Origin: Nemertoderma westbladi
Taxonomy: Eukaryota; Animalia; Xenacoelomorpha
Length of the DNA: 64,000 nt
NCBI GenBank assembly: GCA_032718475.1
Contig: JAUCBJ010002763.1
Location: forward strand, 13,009 to 77,008
Direction: 5' to 3'
Part shown: in pieces, positions 12,801-28,600 of the stretch
How the letters are laid out: every line of letters begins with the position of its first letter
How positions within the stretch are numbered: the stretch's first letter is position 1
The notes under the pieces: model-generated
Database searches by the model: none
Seen by the model: the letters and a program-made list of their open reading frames with translations, nothing else
Told to the model about the DNA's origin: nothing
Made by a program: the position numbers and the translations under genes

Positions 12801-15800
12801 CAACAAAATCTTTAACACTTAGTAAAGGTAGGTGGGAAATTATATCTAGTAGCCATTTTTTGTAAACTTATCCAAAGTAATTTTTTTAAACAACAGTAAA
12901 GTTAACAGTTAACATGAAACACGAAATGAAGGAGACAAACCAACTCTCATCGTAGCTAACTTTAAGGTAGGGATATCACTAGACATAACTAAAATATGGC
13001 ATCGATTGTATACTGCTGTGTTTGCATAAGCTCTAATGTCTCCAATGTCTTGCTTATGAGCACATATTTACATATTCACATATTTACAGCCTTTATTCTT
13101 AAAGATTTGGCGATGCAGGAAAACACAAATTCAAAATACCTCAAGTCCATGTGAGTCGTCATGTTGAATTCATAAAACAAAATAATGGAATATGATGGAT
13201 CCACAACATTCACTTCAGTTATTGTTTTCACTTCAGGTGGAGGCACAGGATAATCAATAGTTCTGTAGGCCTAGCAATAGTCCTTCAAAGAGTCATATAA
13301 TTAGTCTTGATGGAGTCATAATTAGTCACCTGGCTGATGATAACTGGAAGTTTGAAACCTAAGTACCGGGTTCGAGCCCTATAGGAGCGGATGATATTTT
13401 TTGCTAAGGTGCTCGTATAAATTTTATCTTCATTATCGTAGTTATGGACCACCATAGAATATGTTTCAGATTACATATTTACAGACAATTAGCTTCATTT
13501 TGATTCAACCCATTCTTAAGGCACTTGCCTCTGAGGCGGCAAGGAATGCAGTTAAGGCTGTATCTAGGTCCCTGAACAGGCAGCAATCTGTTAATCTACA
13601 GGAGCTAATAAACCAACAGGTTGATGCCATCAATGATGCTGACTGGTCGGAAAAGCCAACCAACCACCAAGGTTAAGGCTGAATCACCAGCTGAACTCCT
13701 CAATGGTTGGAAGGACCACTCTGAAAAGCTCCTCAATAACGACAGGGTATTGCCTGATAACTTTATAGAAGTAAATGTGTCTGTACTCCCAGATATTCCC
13801 ATTGGCAATATCTCCTTTGCAGAAGTGAAGGCTGCTGCAAAGAGCATTAAGACCAATCGTGCCAGTGGAGTAAATGGTGTTCCCCCTGAGGTCTTTAAAA
13901 TACCTGAGTGTTTAAAGCTCATCTATCCCATCATAGTAGACATGTACTGAACAACAAGAGTCCCACAAGAAATGAAAACAAATAAGTTGGTGCCAGTTCC
14001 CAAGAAGGGCAACCTAACAATCTATGGTTTTTTTAGGGTAATCTCATTGATCTCGATTGCTGCAAAGCTATACATTATAATTCTATTAAATCGCATCAGG
14101 GATCCCATTGAGAGACTGCTCCGTGGAAATCAGAATGGATTCCGTAAAGGTCGTGGGACCATGGAACCCATTTTGGCACTAAGAATGATAATTGAAGAGT
14201 TGTCAAAAAAGGATAATTAAAGAGTTATCAAAAAAGAAAGACAGGCATCTGGCTGTTATCTTTGTTGATTTCTTCAAGGCCATTGATTCAGTCTCTCGTT
14301 CACGTATGTTCAGCATACTTTCATTATATCCTGATGAAATTATTGCAGCAATCAGATCAGTATATGATGGTTCGACAACATTTGTGTCTACTGTTGATGG
14401 TGACACAGAACCATTTGAAGTGTTATGGGGCGTCATCCAGGGAGACACACTTGCACCATTATTGTTCATAATTGTGGTTGACTATTTTCTACGCATGTCC
14501 TTAGATCGTCATAATGATGATGGGTTGATGATAACTCCACCTACTGGCTCCAGAAGTCGAGGAAATCCTGCCCAAGGGGGAGCCCAACGGCTCCTCAGCT
14601 CATTAGAACATGCTGCTTCTAGTGTTGGTCTTTTTATTAACTCCAGAAAGACCAAAATTTTGACAGTTAACTTTGAAAGTGCTCAGCAAGTCTCTGATCG
14701 GATGAGCATAAGCACAAAGGATGGTATGCTTGAGCATGTGGATGACTTCTGTTACCTGGGATCATGGATGCGGAAGTCAGGTGAGGACCTTCTAATACAT
14801 AAGGGAAAGGCATGGGCAGCCTTGAATAGGCTTTCCAGGATTTGGAACTCACCGAGAATTAATCGGAAACTTAAGGTCTGATTATTTAGAGCAGGAATAG
14901 TTCCAGTACTCCTCTATGGGAGTCCATGCTGGGCTCTAACTGCTGAGGACACCAATTATCTGGATGGCACATTCACAAGAATGCTATGCCGGGTTCATTG
15001 TGTCAAGTATAATGCACACATCTCCCCAACCAGACACTATATAACAATGGAGGTGTCTCATTGGTTCCCTCCCCCAAGCTTGACACTAGAACAAAATCGC
15101 CCTTGCTTTGCAGGACATTGCTTTCGCCGTGAGGAACAGCCAGTGCATAATCTTGTACTTTGGCAGCCTCATGGAGTGAATAAGCATGGTGGACAGCCCA
15201 TGACTTTCTTGAGATGCATCTTAAAGGACACTGGCCTTGAAGATGCGGATGATCTAGCAAATGTCATGGGTGATAGGTGCAATGGCGCAATTTTGTCGAC
15301 AAGCCAGCACAGCATTCTTAAAAATGCAGCTGCAATGCAGCATGCCGATCCTAGTAGTAGTAGTAGTAGTAAGGCACTTGCCATCAGCATGTGCATCTCT
15401 CACCAGTCATACACACATTTTGGACGCTTATTTTGGAGTAGCTGTATTTCTCAGTCCGCTTGCATAGTGGATATTATTATGTGACATGATATTTTTACAA
15501 TTAATGAGTTCTAAAACAAAATACAATGAACTTATCTAACAGATGGAAGAGGTCGAAGTGACGATATTCTATCCTGAAGGAAAGGATCGAATTCATTGGT
15601 TGTTGGGTAGTTACCAGGTCCGAGAATCTGGTGAATACCATCAAAATCGTGTTCGTAAACTATCCAAGTGCCACACTCTATCTGGAATGTAAAATTATAA
15701 ACATTATATCCAACATGTGTGTGTATCTATAGGGTAGGACAACCTGTGTATCTATGTTGTAGGGCAATGTTGTATAGTTGGTATCAGGAAGTCACTGTGG

Positions 15801-16602
15801 GAATTACTTACCTAATTCTCCCTAAATTTTGAAGTGCGGTGATATTGATATTATTTTAGAACGTTTTGTAACCTTTACATAATAATGTCAGAAATATTAT
15901 TTCATAATTTTTGATTCTAATATCCAAATAATTGTCAAAGTTAAAAATCCTTTAGACAAAGCTAAGATTTTATTAAAACTTAGATCAATACAAACATTCA
16001 GGAAAATATAATTGAAAGGAATATCACATAAAAAATAATACTGTGAATTCTAACATAGTAAAACTCAACCTTAAAACAAAAATTCTGGACCAGTTTTATG
16101 TCAGACTGGATTGTAGTTTGGAAATTCTAGGTCAATAAATACCAATATTTTCTGCTGCAGAAAATTTTATATTCCATCTCAATATTAAAATTCACACGGC
16201 GGTGACAAACAACATAAAAATCAAGGTAAACTAAATATTGCACAGTACCATAATAAATGGGAAACCATTAATGTAAAAATTAGCATTGTTTGTCGTTTAA
16301 TTGTTAGATTGCGTTTAGTTCAAGTAGAATTAGGAACAATTAGGAATCAGTATCCGATCTTGTTTATCAGTAAATGTTATACCTATCAATTCAAATGTTT
16401 TTTTTAAGAGTTCAGCATGTTCGTAGGCCAAAAATTCCCGATTTACAGTTCCTCACCTCCTGTAGTAAGTCCTAAATGAGTATTTGACCATCGATCCAGT
16501 GTGTTTTTCCTGTATTGATGATGAGTTCAATGTCACTCAGGTTGGCTTTCACAAGTCCAGCAAGAGTTTCTATGTCATGAGAATTTGGTCATGAGAAAAA
16601 TG

Positions 16603-16638
<36 letters not shown>

Positions 16639-19600
16639 ATTCATATTCAAACTGCATTGTGTAATCATTAGCAATAATTGCACAAAAACAGGCAGTTACA
16701 CAAGGTAACTGGTAATAATGAATATACGTCAGACTGGCCCGCCCAGACATTTAATGTTGGGTTCTACAGTATGTATATAAACTTACTCTAATCCCTAATG
16801 AATTACTACACCCCTAGCTAGATATTGCACAAATTATATTATAATATATGAATCACTGAGTGTACACAATTTACGAGATGCTATGAAAAAAAGGTAATTG
16901 TTTTTTGCGTTATGTTGTATCATCCCGGTGGTACTGAGTTAGGTAATGTTTTTTTAGGGTTGCATTAAATTCTTTCAAGTGTTGGTATTGGGAAGTTACT
17001 GCCTGTGGTAGTTCATTCCACATTTGTATTAATTTATATGTTAATGATGTATGACCGTAATAATTTTTAGTTTTTGGCATTTTGATTTTAAATGTTCGTG
17101 GGTTTATTTGTTTGTTTTCATTTTTTAAGAATGGTAGGTCGAGATGTTTGAATGGTTCTGCTATTCCTAGTAAATATTTGTGTAAAAAGGTGATGCCGTA
17201 GTATTCGCGAGATGCATAAAGAGTTGGAATTTTAGCTTTTGTGCGAAGTTCGGTAGCAGAACAATCTTTTGGTTTTTTGCTAAATATGCAACGTAGTGCT
17301 AAGTTCTGCATTTTTTCCAAACGGTACAGTATTTTTTTGTGTCCATATTCGTTGTGCAAAGATAACAGCAGCTGGCAACAATAATTATGGTATGGTAAAA
17401 CCAATGCTTTATATAAAGTAATTTTCGTTTTTAGTGGTAATTGCCCTTTAATTTTTCTTAGACCCGAAATTGCCATACCCATTTTACTAATAACTGAATC
17501 AATCTGCTCTTTCCATTCTAGTTTATTGTCTATTTTTATACCTAAATATCGTACGCTAGTCGATTGTTCTATTATACATTCTTCGTTTAATTTAATTTTT
17601 ATTTGTGGAATATTATTGTCTATATTTTTATGTGGATGTAGAAGTAAAAGTTCTGTTTTATCTGGATTAACTTGAAGACTGTATGCCTGGAAAATGTTTG
17701 AAAAATATGAGATATCCATATTCCATTAAGTAGCAACCCAGCTTGTATTTGTTAAGATCATACTGGATGTGGTTAGTGAAGAAGTTTAACAAACTGGGAC
17801 TCAAAAAGGATCCTTGTTTTAATCCAATTGTAGTTGGTATCCCCACTGTCAAGTTTTAAGCTTTTCTCAACAAAACATCCAGAAATGCCGTTTAATATCA
17901 AGAGACAGGTGATTGATGCAGCCCTTATATCCAGTATATTGTACTTATGCGAGTCATGGTTTAATGCTAACTTGAAACCTGCAAACCGAAACAGCTGTTA
18001 GGGGTTTGCACTACAACACCAAACCTTCTGTGCCTTTTAGAGCTTGGTCTACCACCACTATCTCACGTGGTCAGACAGAGACAGAAATCTCTATAAAGAA
18101 AGAACTTGAACTCAATGCTCACAAGTGACACTCCCACACAGAGGGTTCTGGACCTATGATCAGAAAGTGTTTCTGCATGTTTTCGGTACATAAAGATGCT
18201 GAAGCAGGAAAATTTTGCAATGAGCGGCTTGGAACTAATTAGTAGCTCTATTAGGAGACAAAGAATCTGCAACTAAAATGTGTAATTACCTCGAAGTTAA
18301 TCCCTTCGAACAACACAGGATAGCAACACAGTCTTCGAACAGCACAGGATAGGAACACATTCTTCGAAAAACACAGGGTAGCAACACATTCTTCGAACAA
18401 CACAGGGTAGCTTGGACCATGCTTAGAGTGGGAGGCCATTCACTCCCGATTGAGAAAATGACCTGAGACAAACTACCGAAGGATTTGTGTTTCTGTTGGT
18501 GTGGCGTTAATGCCACACTGATGCACATACCTTACTTTTGTGCACTCCTGTGAGAGATGAGAGAGAAATTTCTGCATTCCACGCCAAAAAATGTAATGGG
18601 ATCCATGATCCATTTGATAAATTGATACATATATTTTCTACTCGCATATTCTTGGCCCCCTTGAATATTCTGGTGGTGATTCTGCCTATGTTTATGTTCC
18701 TGGATTTCAGGAATTTTTCAAAATCCTCATCTGAATTATATTTGTCAATTCCTTGAACAAACATCGCCCTGAAATTTAACCTATTGGATCCCCTGAGTTC
18801 ACTTCCATGTTTGTTTCTGTGTTGGTTAGGTTTATGTAGAGTCTCTATGTCAGTCGTGCTGGTCAGAGTTCCAGAGCATGCCCAGAAGGTGAATTAATCA
18901 CGCTATTAAGGCAATAATACATTTGAATGTATATTACAGGACCTTGGAACTTATCCATAAACAAAACAAAATTCATTATCAAAATCTGTCACACACATCG
19001 TCAGGGCAACACACTTGTTGCTCCAACATTACTACAACCAGTACCAAATTTTCTATAAACTGATTAAGGTTAGATAATATATATATAGTTTGATATAGAT
19101 ATGATATAGTTGTTCTGCAGAATAGGCAGAACGTTCTTAATTAATATAAAGTTACAATGTAAGACATGTGAAATATAATAAATTACTTACTTTGATGCTT
19201 GAAGTCTTTTCATTAAGATTTCCCAGAGATTCTGATTTGCTCGCCATTAGAAATTCCTTCGATTCGCCTTGATAATTTGAATCACTGAATAGTGTAATTT
19301 TATGACAATCCTAAAATATAAATTATTTTACTGTTGATAGTGTACGTAGTTCTAGTTATATTGTATATATGAAGATGCAATCCCGCTTTGAATCACTTCA
19401 ACAAACATACAAAAATTACAGTCTAGAGGTTTTCAACCCTTAAAAACATGATATAAACTGTACTGTATATTATCTAGGTTTTCTTGATCCATGACTCAGT
19501 ATTCAAATTTGGCATATACTTTTCTGTTAGTATGCATGTCAGTTTGTCCGTAACCGCCAGCCTGACAGTTAAACAGACAATTTGGAAGTTATCAAATGTT

Positions 19601-22600
19601 AAATAGCACAAATTTGATAATCAAATATCATTGCCAAATCAACCTGGTTTTATGACATTAATGTACCACATTTCTTGGATTCTGATCACGAATATGAAAC
19701 TCGAAAATATCGAATTATCCAACCAAATTTTATGCTCTGTTTATGTTTCGCCAAACTCGATCGACCGGACAAACCCCAAAAATGATTGTTGGGTTACCAC
19801 GAATGATTTTTAACGAGTTATATCGTTATCAGCGGCTTTGAACACCAGTATAGCTTCAGATTTACCAAATCATAGGCAAAATTTAATGGTTTAAAATTTT
19901 TGCTATTTGTACTTTTCTTTCTTGGGCACAAGAATGGCACCAAAAATGATGTTTGTTTTTCAAGAAATTTCTAGTTTCATCTAGTTTCATCATAATCAGG
20001 GATCCCGAAAACCCGTATACCTTCAGAATTATCAAACCAAACACAAATTTTCTTAGTTTGACAATGTTTTATTTGTACTTTTCTTCCTGGTGGACCATAA
20101 AAGCACTGAAAATTAAGCTTGCATTGCCAGAAAATATTTTTAATAAGTTTTATCATGATCAGCAACCTCTGAAACCCTTATATGATCAAAATTGAAATTT
20201 TTGAACCAAGATCTAAAAAATAAATAAAATGAGCCTACCCCCCCCCACCACCAGGCCAATTAAGTAGTAAAATAGCCTGGGCCAAATAGGGATAAATGTA
20301 CCGGTAACTGAGGATTGCGGTGGTAACTGAATATGAAACTCTTAATTCCGCATCAAACATATAGTAGAGTAAAGTAAAATAAATTATCAGTTCATCAAAT
20401 CATTAAAGAACACTATATTCCATATTTAATAATAATAATTCCCCTAAATAATATCAGTTCCTCAGTATATTGAAGTCGTAATATCAATTTATCTCAGCAT
20501 ATCTATTATGTATCAATAACCTTCTTTGTCTATTAAATCCAAGAGAGTAAGAAGCGAACAATGTGAAGGTGGTCTCTCATTGTCTTACTTGAGATCCTCT
20601 AAAGGGGCTGATATGTCCTCGACAGATTCCCGCTGGTTAAATAGGCAGGAGAATAACACTAACGTGATGGTTCTTAAGGAATAACCAGCCCCTCCAACCC
20701 CACTGCCACCAGTAGCTTCATCTCTATATCAGATAAAGAACTAATTTAAATATCATTCATGAATTACGATTGAGGATGGAAGGTATATTCTTTTAACTGG
20801 CGGTCTTCGAGGAGCTTGAGGTAATCTGTTCACTGAACTCTGAACAGATTCCGGGTGAATCGTTTTTGTTTAACAGGGTCTTTTGATAAAGATGGCCGCC
20901 GGGGTTACCACCCGTCGAAATGTACAAATGTTAGTGGAAGGCCATGGTGTCAACTGTATTGTAGAAGAGTCCTGACGAGTCGAATTAAGTGCCACTGTAG
21001 CCTGTAGCTCGAGTTGCATCCATACACATGCACAGAACTTTCATACAGTAACTGCTAACTGCGCATACAGATACTATGTCTATGTCCAAACCAAGATTAG
21101 GCCACCCTCCTAGCTGGGCTGCCAGGCCATGGTAGAGGTGTTAATAACTAGGCAAATAAACACAGGTACGGATGTAATCATGTACTGCAGTAATGATAAG
21201 GCATTATTGAGGTGCCTAATAGCATACAGTCATTATAGGACCAGTAGCGCAGTGCAGAGAGCAGTGCACAACTGCAAATATGGAATAATACATTGCATTA
21301 CCGGACCAGTACTGTAGTACTGAAATAGAAAGAATGGAAATTTTGCTTCTAATCTTGCTTTCGATTGGGTGGGTACAAAACAAAGACCAAACACCATCTG
21401 TACAAAACAAAGAGGTAAAGTCGCATTAGGTCGCAAAAGAACGTTGGGTCCCATTACCATTTTAGAGGAGCATGTTACAGCAGCGTATTAGGGGAACCAA
21501 AACAATAAACGAAAGTTAACACATGTGATTTGTACAGGTCTTGAGTTTTTGGGTTTTGTTTTATATTCACCTCTTTCGATTACTAATAATGAACAAATCA
21601 TTTTACTAATAATTTTCAGCAATTTTATCAATTCCGAAAGGTGTGCCAAGAACTCCTCATTTGTCTGAATTTTTATTTGTTTTAATCTGAAAGAGGACAT
21701 AATTATAGTTAGTTAATTGTAATTATAGTTCTCATTTTTTCCATTTCTCGACAAAACCATAATATTACATCTTTAATTAAAGTTGCTTTAACAGCTCAAC
21801 TCCAATTTATTTATTTAATATCACCTGGCAGCAATACTCGAGCTGAATATTTATTTATTAGTACTTTCTTCCAGTTTCACTCTAACATACTTGAGGCCAG
21901 TAGGTCCGCTGTTGGAGATAGAATATTTGCAACTTAAGACTGCCTATTCAATAGAAGTGGATTAGGTGGGATAGTGAATGTCAGGGACTAGTGGCTGAAC
22001 TGGTTAGTGCTACTGATGAGGCCTGATAGGCTAAAACGTATGTATAGCGCTGGTTCAACCCCCGGTGACGCGCTTTCTCTTTTTTTTCAATTTCTGGACA
22101 AAACCATAATAATACATCTTTAATTACAGTTGCATTAACAGTTCAACTCCAATTTATTTATTTAAAATCACCTGGCAGCAATACTCGAGCTGAATATTTA
22201 TTTATTTGTACTTTCCTCCTGTTTCACTCTAACATACTTTAGGCCAGTAGGTCCGCTGTTAGAGAAAGGATATGCAACTTAAGACTGCCTGTTCAATAGA
22301 AGTGGATTAGGTGGGATAGTGAATGTCAGGGACTAGTGGCTGAACTGGTTAGTGCTACTGATGAGGCCTGATAGGCTGAAACGTACGTATAGCGCTGGTT
22401 CAACCCCCAGTGACGCGCTTTCTCTTTTTTTTCAATTTCTGGACAAAACCATAATAATACATCTTTAATTACAGTTGCATTAACTGTTCAACTCCAATTT
22501 ATTTATTTAAAATCACCTGGCAGCAATACTCGAGCTGAATATTTATTTATTTGTACTTTCCTCCTATTTCACTCTAACATACTTTAGGCCGGTAGGTCCG

Positions 22601-25600
22601 CTGTTAGAGATAGGATATGCAACTTAAGACTGCCTGTTCAATAGAAGTGGATTAGGTGGGATAGTGAATGTCAGGGACTAGTGGCTGAACTGGTTAGCGC
22701 TACTGATGAGGCCTGAAGTACGTATAGCGCTGGTTCAACCCCCGGTGACACGCTTTCTCATTTTCTCCATTTCTGGACAAAACCATAATATTATATATAT
22801 CTCTTTAATCATACTATTACTTAGCTACTTTATGCATTACCAAAATGTTCCAGAATATGGTGTAAATTTATTAAATAGAATAAAATTGCCTCACTCATAT
22901 GCAAAATTATGCAAGTTTTAAACGCTCATATCTCTGCTATTTTTTAAGATGAAATTTAGATTATGTTACATATTTGGAATCTTTGCACAGCCAGCTTTTT
23001 AATAATACCAACAAATTACTATAAGGGTAAGAATAACTGCGGTGTGAATGGTAACGCTGGTGACACTTTTTTTAAACGCTTGTAGCTAAAGAATGAAAGC
23101 GGAAATAAAAATTTTGGCTCACCATGCAAGGAGAAGGGAGGTGAAACTATCTCTGTTTCAAATTTCATGCAATTTCATTAAGAGTTGTAGAAAAATTTAG
23201 GGGGTATACCTGTGTATATATAATTACAAACATGCTTCCATAATTGTAATAAATATCAAAATCCAGTATATGTATTATGTAATGTAGCTTATTTTGCTTT
23301 ATTGAATTCAAATATCAACTTACATTTGAGTCCTGATCGTTAACAAGTTTCACAGATGATATTTTATCCACCAAGAAATTCCCCAAGTTGCCATGGTGGG
23401 AATATTTACCCACAGAAATAGTTTTCTGGACACCGCCGTAGTCAGGATATCTGTGAAATAATATCAAAAATTATTTAAACTATTTTTTGAGTGGATTGGT
23501 GCATGTTATTAAATTTAAATTAAATTTATATCTTTCAATTGCGGGAGTAAACTGCTTGTGGTTGCAACTCCTACAAGCGTCTTCGCAGTAGGCCACCGTT
23601 GCATTGGTTGATTACCTTCCACCAACCTTGTCTGCATGGTAAGCCATTGGTTAATTACCTTCCGCCTGTTCATGGCCTACTGCCCTGCTGCCAACTGTAG
23701 GGGTCCTTTAGTTACAACCTGAACCAATTGTGCCTCCTAGGTAGCGTATTAGTTCTTCTATAGGTAGCATCTGCCTCCTGCAAGACGCCACTTATAGAAA
23801 CAGGGGACTTCACTCACACCCGCCAAACTCCAAAGAAGCATTAAAAGCATGAGCTGCTGTAGACTGATCGAGGGCAGCGACAACATAGAAATATTTCGTT
23901 GAGTCATTGGAGATCCTGCGAATGGCGAACTGGGCCTCCACCTGAGTAAACCAAACCGCAGCGTTATTCACCCAAAACCGAGGTAATTTGAGGGAAACTG
24001 CATTGACGTCGGTGTTGTGTTCCTCGGCCATCGCGATAGCTCACTCGCTAAATACACAACATGCGGTTGTGTACGTCTGGGTCACCAATGAAGCGGTATA
24101 TCTCCGCTTCCCATTGTAATATAACAAATAGTTTTAATATATTATAATAATCAAGTAGCCTGTTAAACTGCAGTACCGGTGGCACTGCAGGAGAGTCAGG
24201 CAGTAACAGACAAAAAGTCGTACCTGTACAGCGGTATGGCAGGACAGCATTGACAAGTCGAAACTGAAAGTATATTGGTCAAATATATGAAGTTTTAACG
24301 GTATTTAGTTTTTCTTTCGAAGTTAAGTAGCCAACCACTACAAGTGTAAATATATGATAAAATATGATATTTAAAAATCACCACAAAATCAAGTCAATTT
24401 TATCACCATATAGGTTTTTTAGGATTCTGATCACGAATATGACACTGAAATATGTCGTAAATTGTTGTTTAGGGCATTTTTGGATATGTGTCAATATGCG
24501 GCACAAAAAATACAAGTACACAGATTTTATAATCAAAAATCATCACCAAATGAACCTGATTGTTAGATATTATGGGTTTTCTGGGACACTGATCACGAAT
24601 ATTACACTTAAAAATATCGTATTATCCAACCACATTCGATTTTTGAAGTTTGAAATTTAAAGCTACTTGCATTTTTCGTCCCACCAGATAAGCACCAAAA
24701 ATGATAGTTGTATGACCACATATGATTTTTAACAAGTTGTATCGTGATTAGCGACCTTGAAAACCAGTATAGCTTCGGAATTACCACACCAAAGGCAAAA
24801 TTTGTCAGTTTATAATTTTGTGCTACGTGTACTTTTCGTTCTGCGGGCACCAGAATGGCACCAAAATTAGGTTTGCATTACCGGAAATATTTATAACTTG
24901 TGTCATCGTGATCAGCGACCTAGAATACCCGTATACATTCAGAATTATCAAACCATACACAAAATTTCTTAGTTTGACATTTTTTACTTGTATTTTTCAT
25001 CCGTGGGGTCCAAAATAGCACCAAAAATGACCTCGAAAACCCTTATACCATCAAAATTATAATTGTTGAGCCAAGACCTAAAAAATTTCTAAAATGACCC
25101 CCCCCCCCCCCCCCCATGCCAATTACATAGTAAAATAGCCGGGCCAGATAGGGTTAACCGTTTAACGCGTATGGCCCAATAAAAAAACTTTACTTTTACA
25201 CTTTTGCAAATAAAAGTGTTTGTTCAGAAGTTACAGCTATGTTCCATTTAAGGTGCGTTGGGCATTAGAGCACATATTTTTTTCTAAATTTTTTGGAAAG
25301 GCATTCTCCACCTTTCCCACAAACCTCTATACTTTATAACACAAACTTTATAAGTTCTTAGATAAATTATATAGGACCCCATTCATTGTTCAGCAAGCTA
25401 CTGCAGTTAGTTAGGCTATTCAGCTACAGTATGGATAAGCAGGTCATCGGCTTACTGATATAAACTAACTGGAAAAAAGTTACTGTTGTTAAGATAGGTT
25501 CCGGTAGCCGTTTATCAGATGATGTATACCGGGATGTTCTGTCAGATTTACTTTCGGTTTATCGAGTTTCGTTTATAGGCCTATAGGTATAGTATATAAT

Positions 25601-28600
25601 GCGTAATGCCTTACCTCTAGAGTGGGCCTACACGTGCAATGTACACATACTACATAGACTAGGCCTATCAAGTTATCGACTATTGTATCAAGAAGTACAT
25701 TGTGCACAAAAGTACTGTGCAAAGTACTGCTGTTCCGATATACTGATGCTGATCCTTAGGCCGCGTTCACACTACCGAGTCAAAGTCAAAGTCAAAAGAC
25801 AAAATGTAAAAAAAATAACAAGAAATTAATTTTTTTCTAGAACGCCATTATGTATTATATTAGGCCTATATAATGTATTATTATTTATTATTGCTAGCTA
25901 GCTATATTTATTTTCTTTTGACTTTGACTGGTTAGTGTGAACGCGGCCTTATACTGTTATGGGACGGATCAATAAAGGTCCGTGCTATAATTGCATGCCT
26001 GCCAGACCTGCCGGACTCACAGATAGAAACTGCCCTCCTCTGCTCCTGCTTGCCCGAAGGTCGTCTTCGCCCTGCGCTGTTGCCCTCCATCTCTGGTAGT
26101 GCAGTATTCTTTGGAATTCGACCTCATCATGCGTGACTCCTTGTCTGACCTGGTCGGAGGTTCGCTCTCCGACTGGTCATACAATAAGGCCATGCCTTCC
26201 AACCGCTATGGGAGGTCTAGGCCTGCGCAAGGCAACTGACCATGCACCAGCTGCATATGTAGAGTAGACTCCGTTTGCCAGGCTGGACCCCTTGTTTCCC
26301 TCATCCTTGGCCACCAACCAGCCAACCCACACCTTGATCCTGCCCTAACCTCCCTGTCCACATCTGCAGAGGAAACCGAGAGGATATCAACCTCCGCTCT
26401 TCCTGTCCCCACCACCCAGCACACCTGGACATGCCCTCACTGAACCCGGGAGCGTAAGATCGTGGCCCACGCCGAGGAGTGTCACAGCTCCGGGGTCGGG
26501 TTCACCCCATTCGTTTCTGCTGTCTCTTCGTTTGTCCTTTCTTATATATGTATATAATCTTATTAATTAATAAAAATTATTGTTACATTGAAAAAAACAA
26601 TAGTAATACGAACTAGCTAAAAAAATATACTGCTCTACACTGTGTTCTGTTGTACCTAGGCCTTGACTGTACCTACAGTATAGACCTATGCAATGTACTG
26701 TACAGTACACTCGACAATCGAGTTATGTTCTTCACATTTCCACTGGTCATTTGGACAACTTGTAGACATTTTTTAAAAGTTGATCAAAATCAGGTCAAGA
26801 AAATGCAATTTATTCGAGTCAGGTCTAGAATGTGGACTGTATGACAGCTAAACGAGGTAAAATGATGCGTAATAGCAACATAATTGTACAGTAAATGTAA
26901 CTGTTAGTAAATGAAGCAATTTTCAAAAAAAATGTAAAAAAATGTGTTTGAAGTCCCAACGCACCTTAAATGGAACATTTCACTTTGCTGCTGTATTAAA
27001 CATTGTTAAATAAAAATTTGAAAGCTAATACTGATAAAAATGATTAACATAGCATTCAGGCCAACAGGAAAGCTAATTTTCGAAAAATTTTGACCACCTC
27101 ACATCTCATAATTTTAAGATTCAAAAAGGCACCTAAATTTTTCAAAAATGGCACTTTTCAACAGGCAATTTCCAGTTTTGAAATTGATAAAATTTGGTCA
27201 AGTAAGGTGTCATTATGTGAGGAAACATGTAATTTACTCATATCAAAAAAAAATCCCGTTTTTTTCAAAGCAGCAGCCGCCCATGTCTCTCCATATACCA
27301 TGTCCCATTTAAGGTGCAATGGGCGTTAAACGGTTTTAATGTTAATGGAAACTTGACAACAATTGATAATAATCAACTCTTTTCTTAGGAAGGTTTATGA
27401 AAGTGGGAAGTGTATGGGTGACATAAATTTTGACTGGAATTGTTTCTATAGTTGACCATTCACATGATTCTTTAAATAAATTTTTTGTTCAAATTTAAAT
27501 GTGTTTCGATACATACATTTATATAAGTGCAACTAACTCGGCTATTAACCATGTCCCTGAACTAATTATTGCAGAAGAGATCCTATCATGGAATTCGAAA
27601 TCATGGAGATTGGGTTCGCTGTGATCCAAAGTAATAGAACCCCCACAGAAGTTGGGATCATCAAACAGCGCTATATAAGAACCAGTACCATCTAGTGCGG
27701 TCAATGCCCTCACGCTATGCAATTATTAATAAAAATAATAATATTAATTATAATACAATGGGTTACATTATATAAATGGGTTACATTATATAAATATATT
27801 AAATTTTTATTTCATTTCAACCACTTACAAGAGCCAAATTAGCAAAAAAGTCAGACATTTTAAACCTATTTCAATGTGTTCAATATTTCCCTGGTACTCC
27901 TTTTTTCATAGTGATTAAATAGTATTTTATCTTATAATTTGTTAATAATATAATATAATGTAATATATGGCTAAGAAATGATATGTTTCATATTAAATAA
28001 ATTAAATATATACACAATAAAATACATCATATTATTTAAAATCGAGAACCAAATCAAACAAAAATTTCCAAAATCATGTATCTGGTAGTGGCGGTTTTTC
28101 TATAAAATACAGCCGTAGGGCTGTACACAGGTTGGAAACCTTGGGTATCCTGGTGCAATTTCTATAATGACTTGTTTCTGTAACAGCGCCTTTGGACTTC
28201 CAGCAACGACAACCACACAGTCCTCCACTACTGGTCTCCAATTATTAGCGATCCTGCATCTCTGTTGGTGGTAACCGTTTGAGACTAATTGGCCCCCAGA
28301 ACGGAACGGCGGCGCACACCAGTATGCTGTGTCAGGCCTATGGGCCCATTATTACCGGGATATCAACGGCCAATAGGATTGCAGTGGCAGAACTGTTTGG
28401 AGAAGCAACACCAAAGTTTCCAATAGAAGGCACGAGCCCTCCTAATGTGGTCTAGTTGGGATATCTCAACTTTTTGCAGTAAATTATTGATTGTAATAGA
28501 ACATTGGCAGGTTAATTCTTGCTGGAAAGTGCGATCTAACAGGTCAGCTGCTAACCTTGAAATAGTATTATCCCGAGGACCACTTGTACCCCAACTGATA

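Noticed and set aside
21729-22805. CRISPR-like array
   Set aside because: Units repeat over their full length with no unique spacers; eukaryotic context and no cas genes
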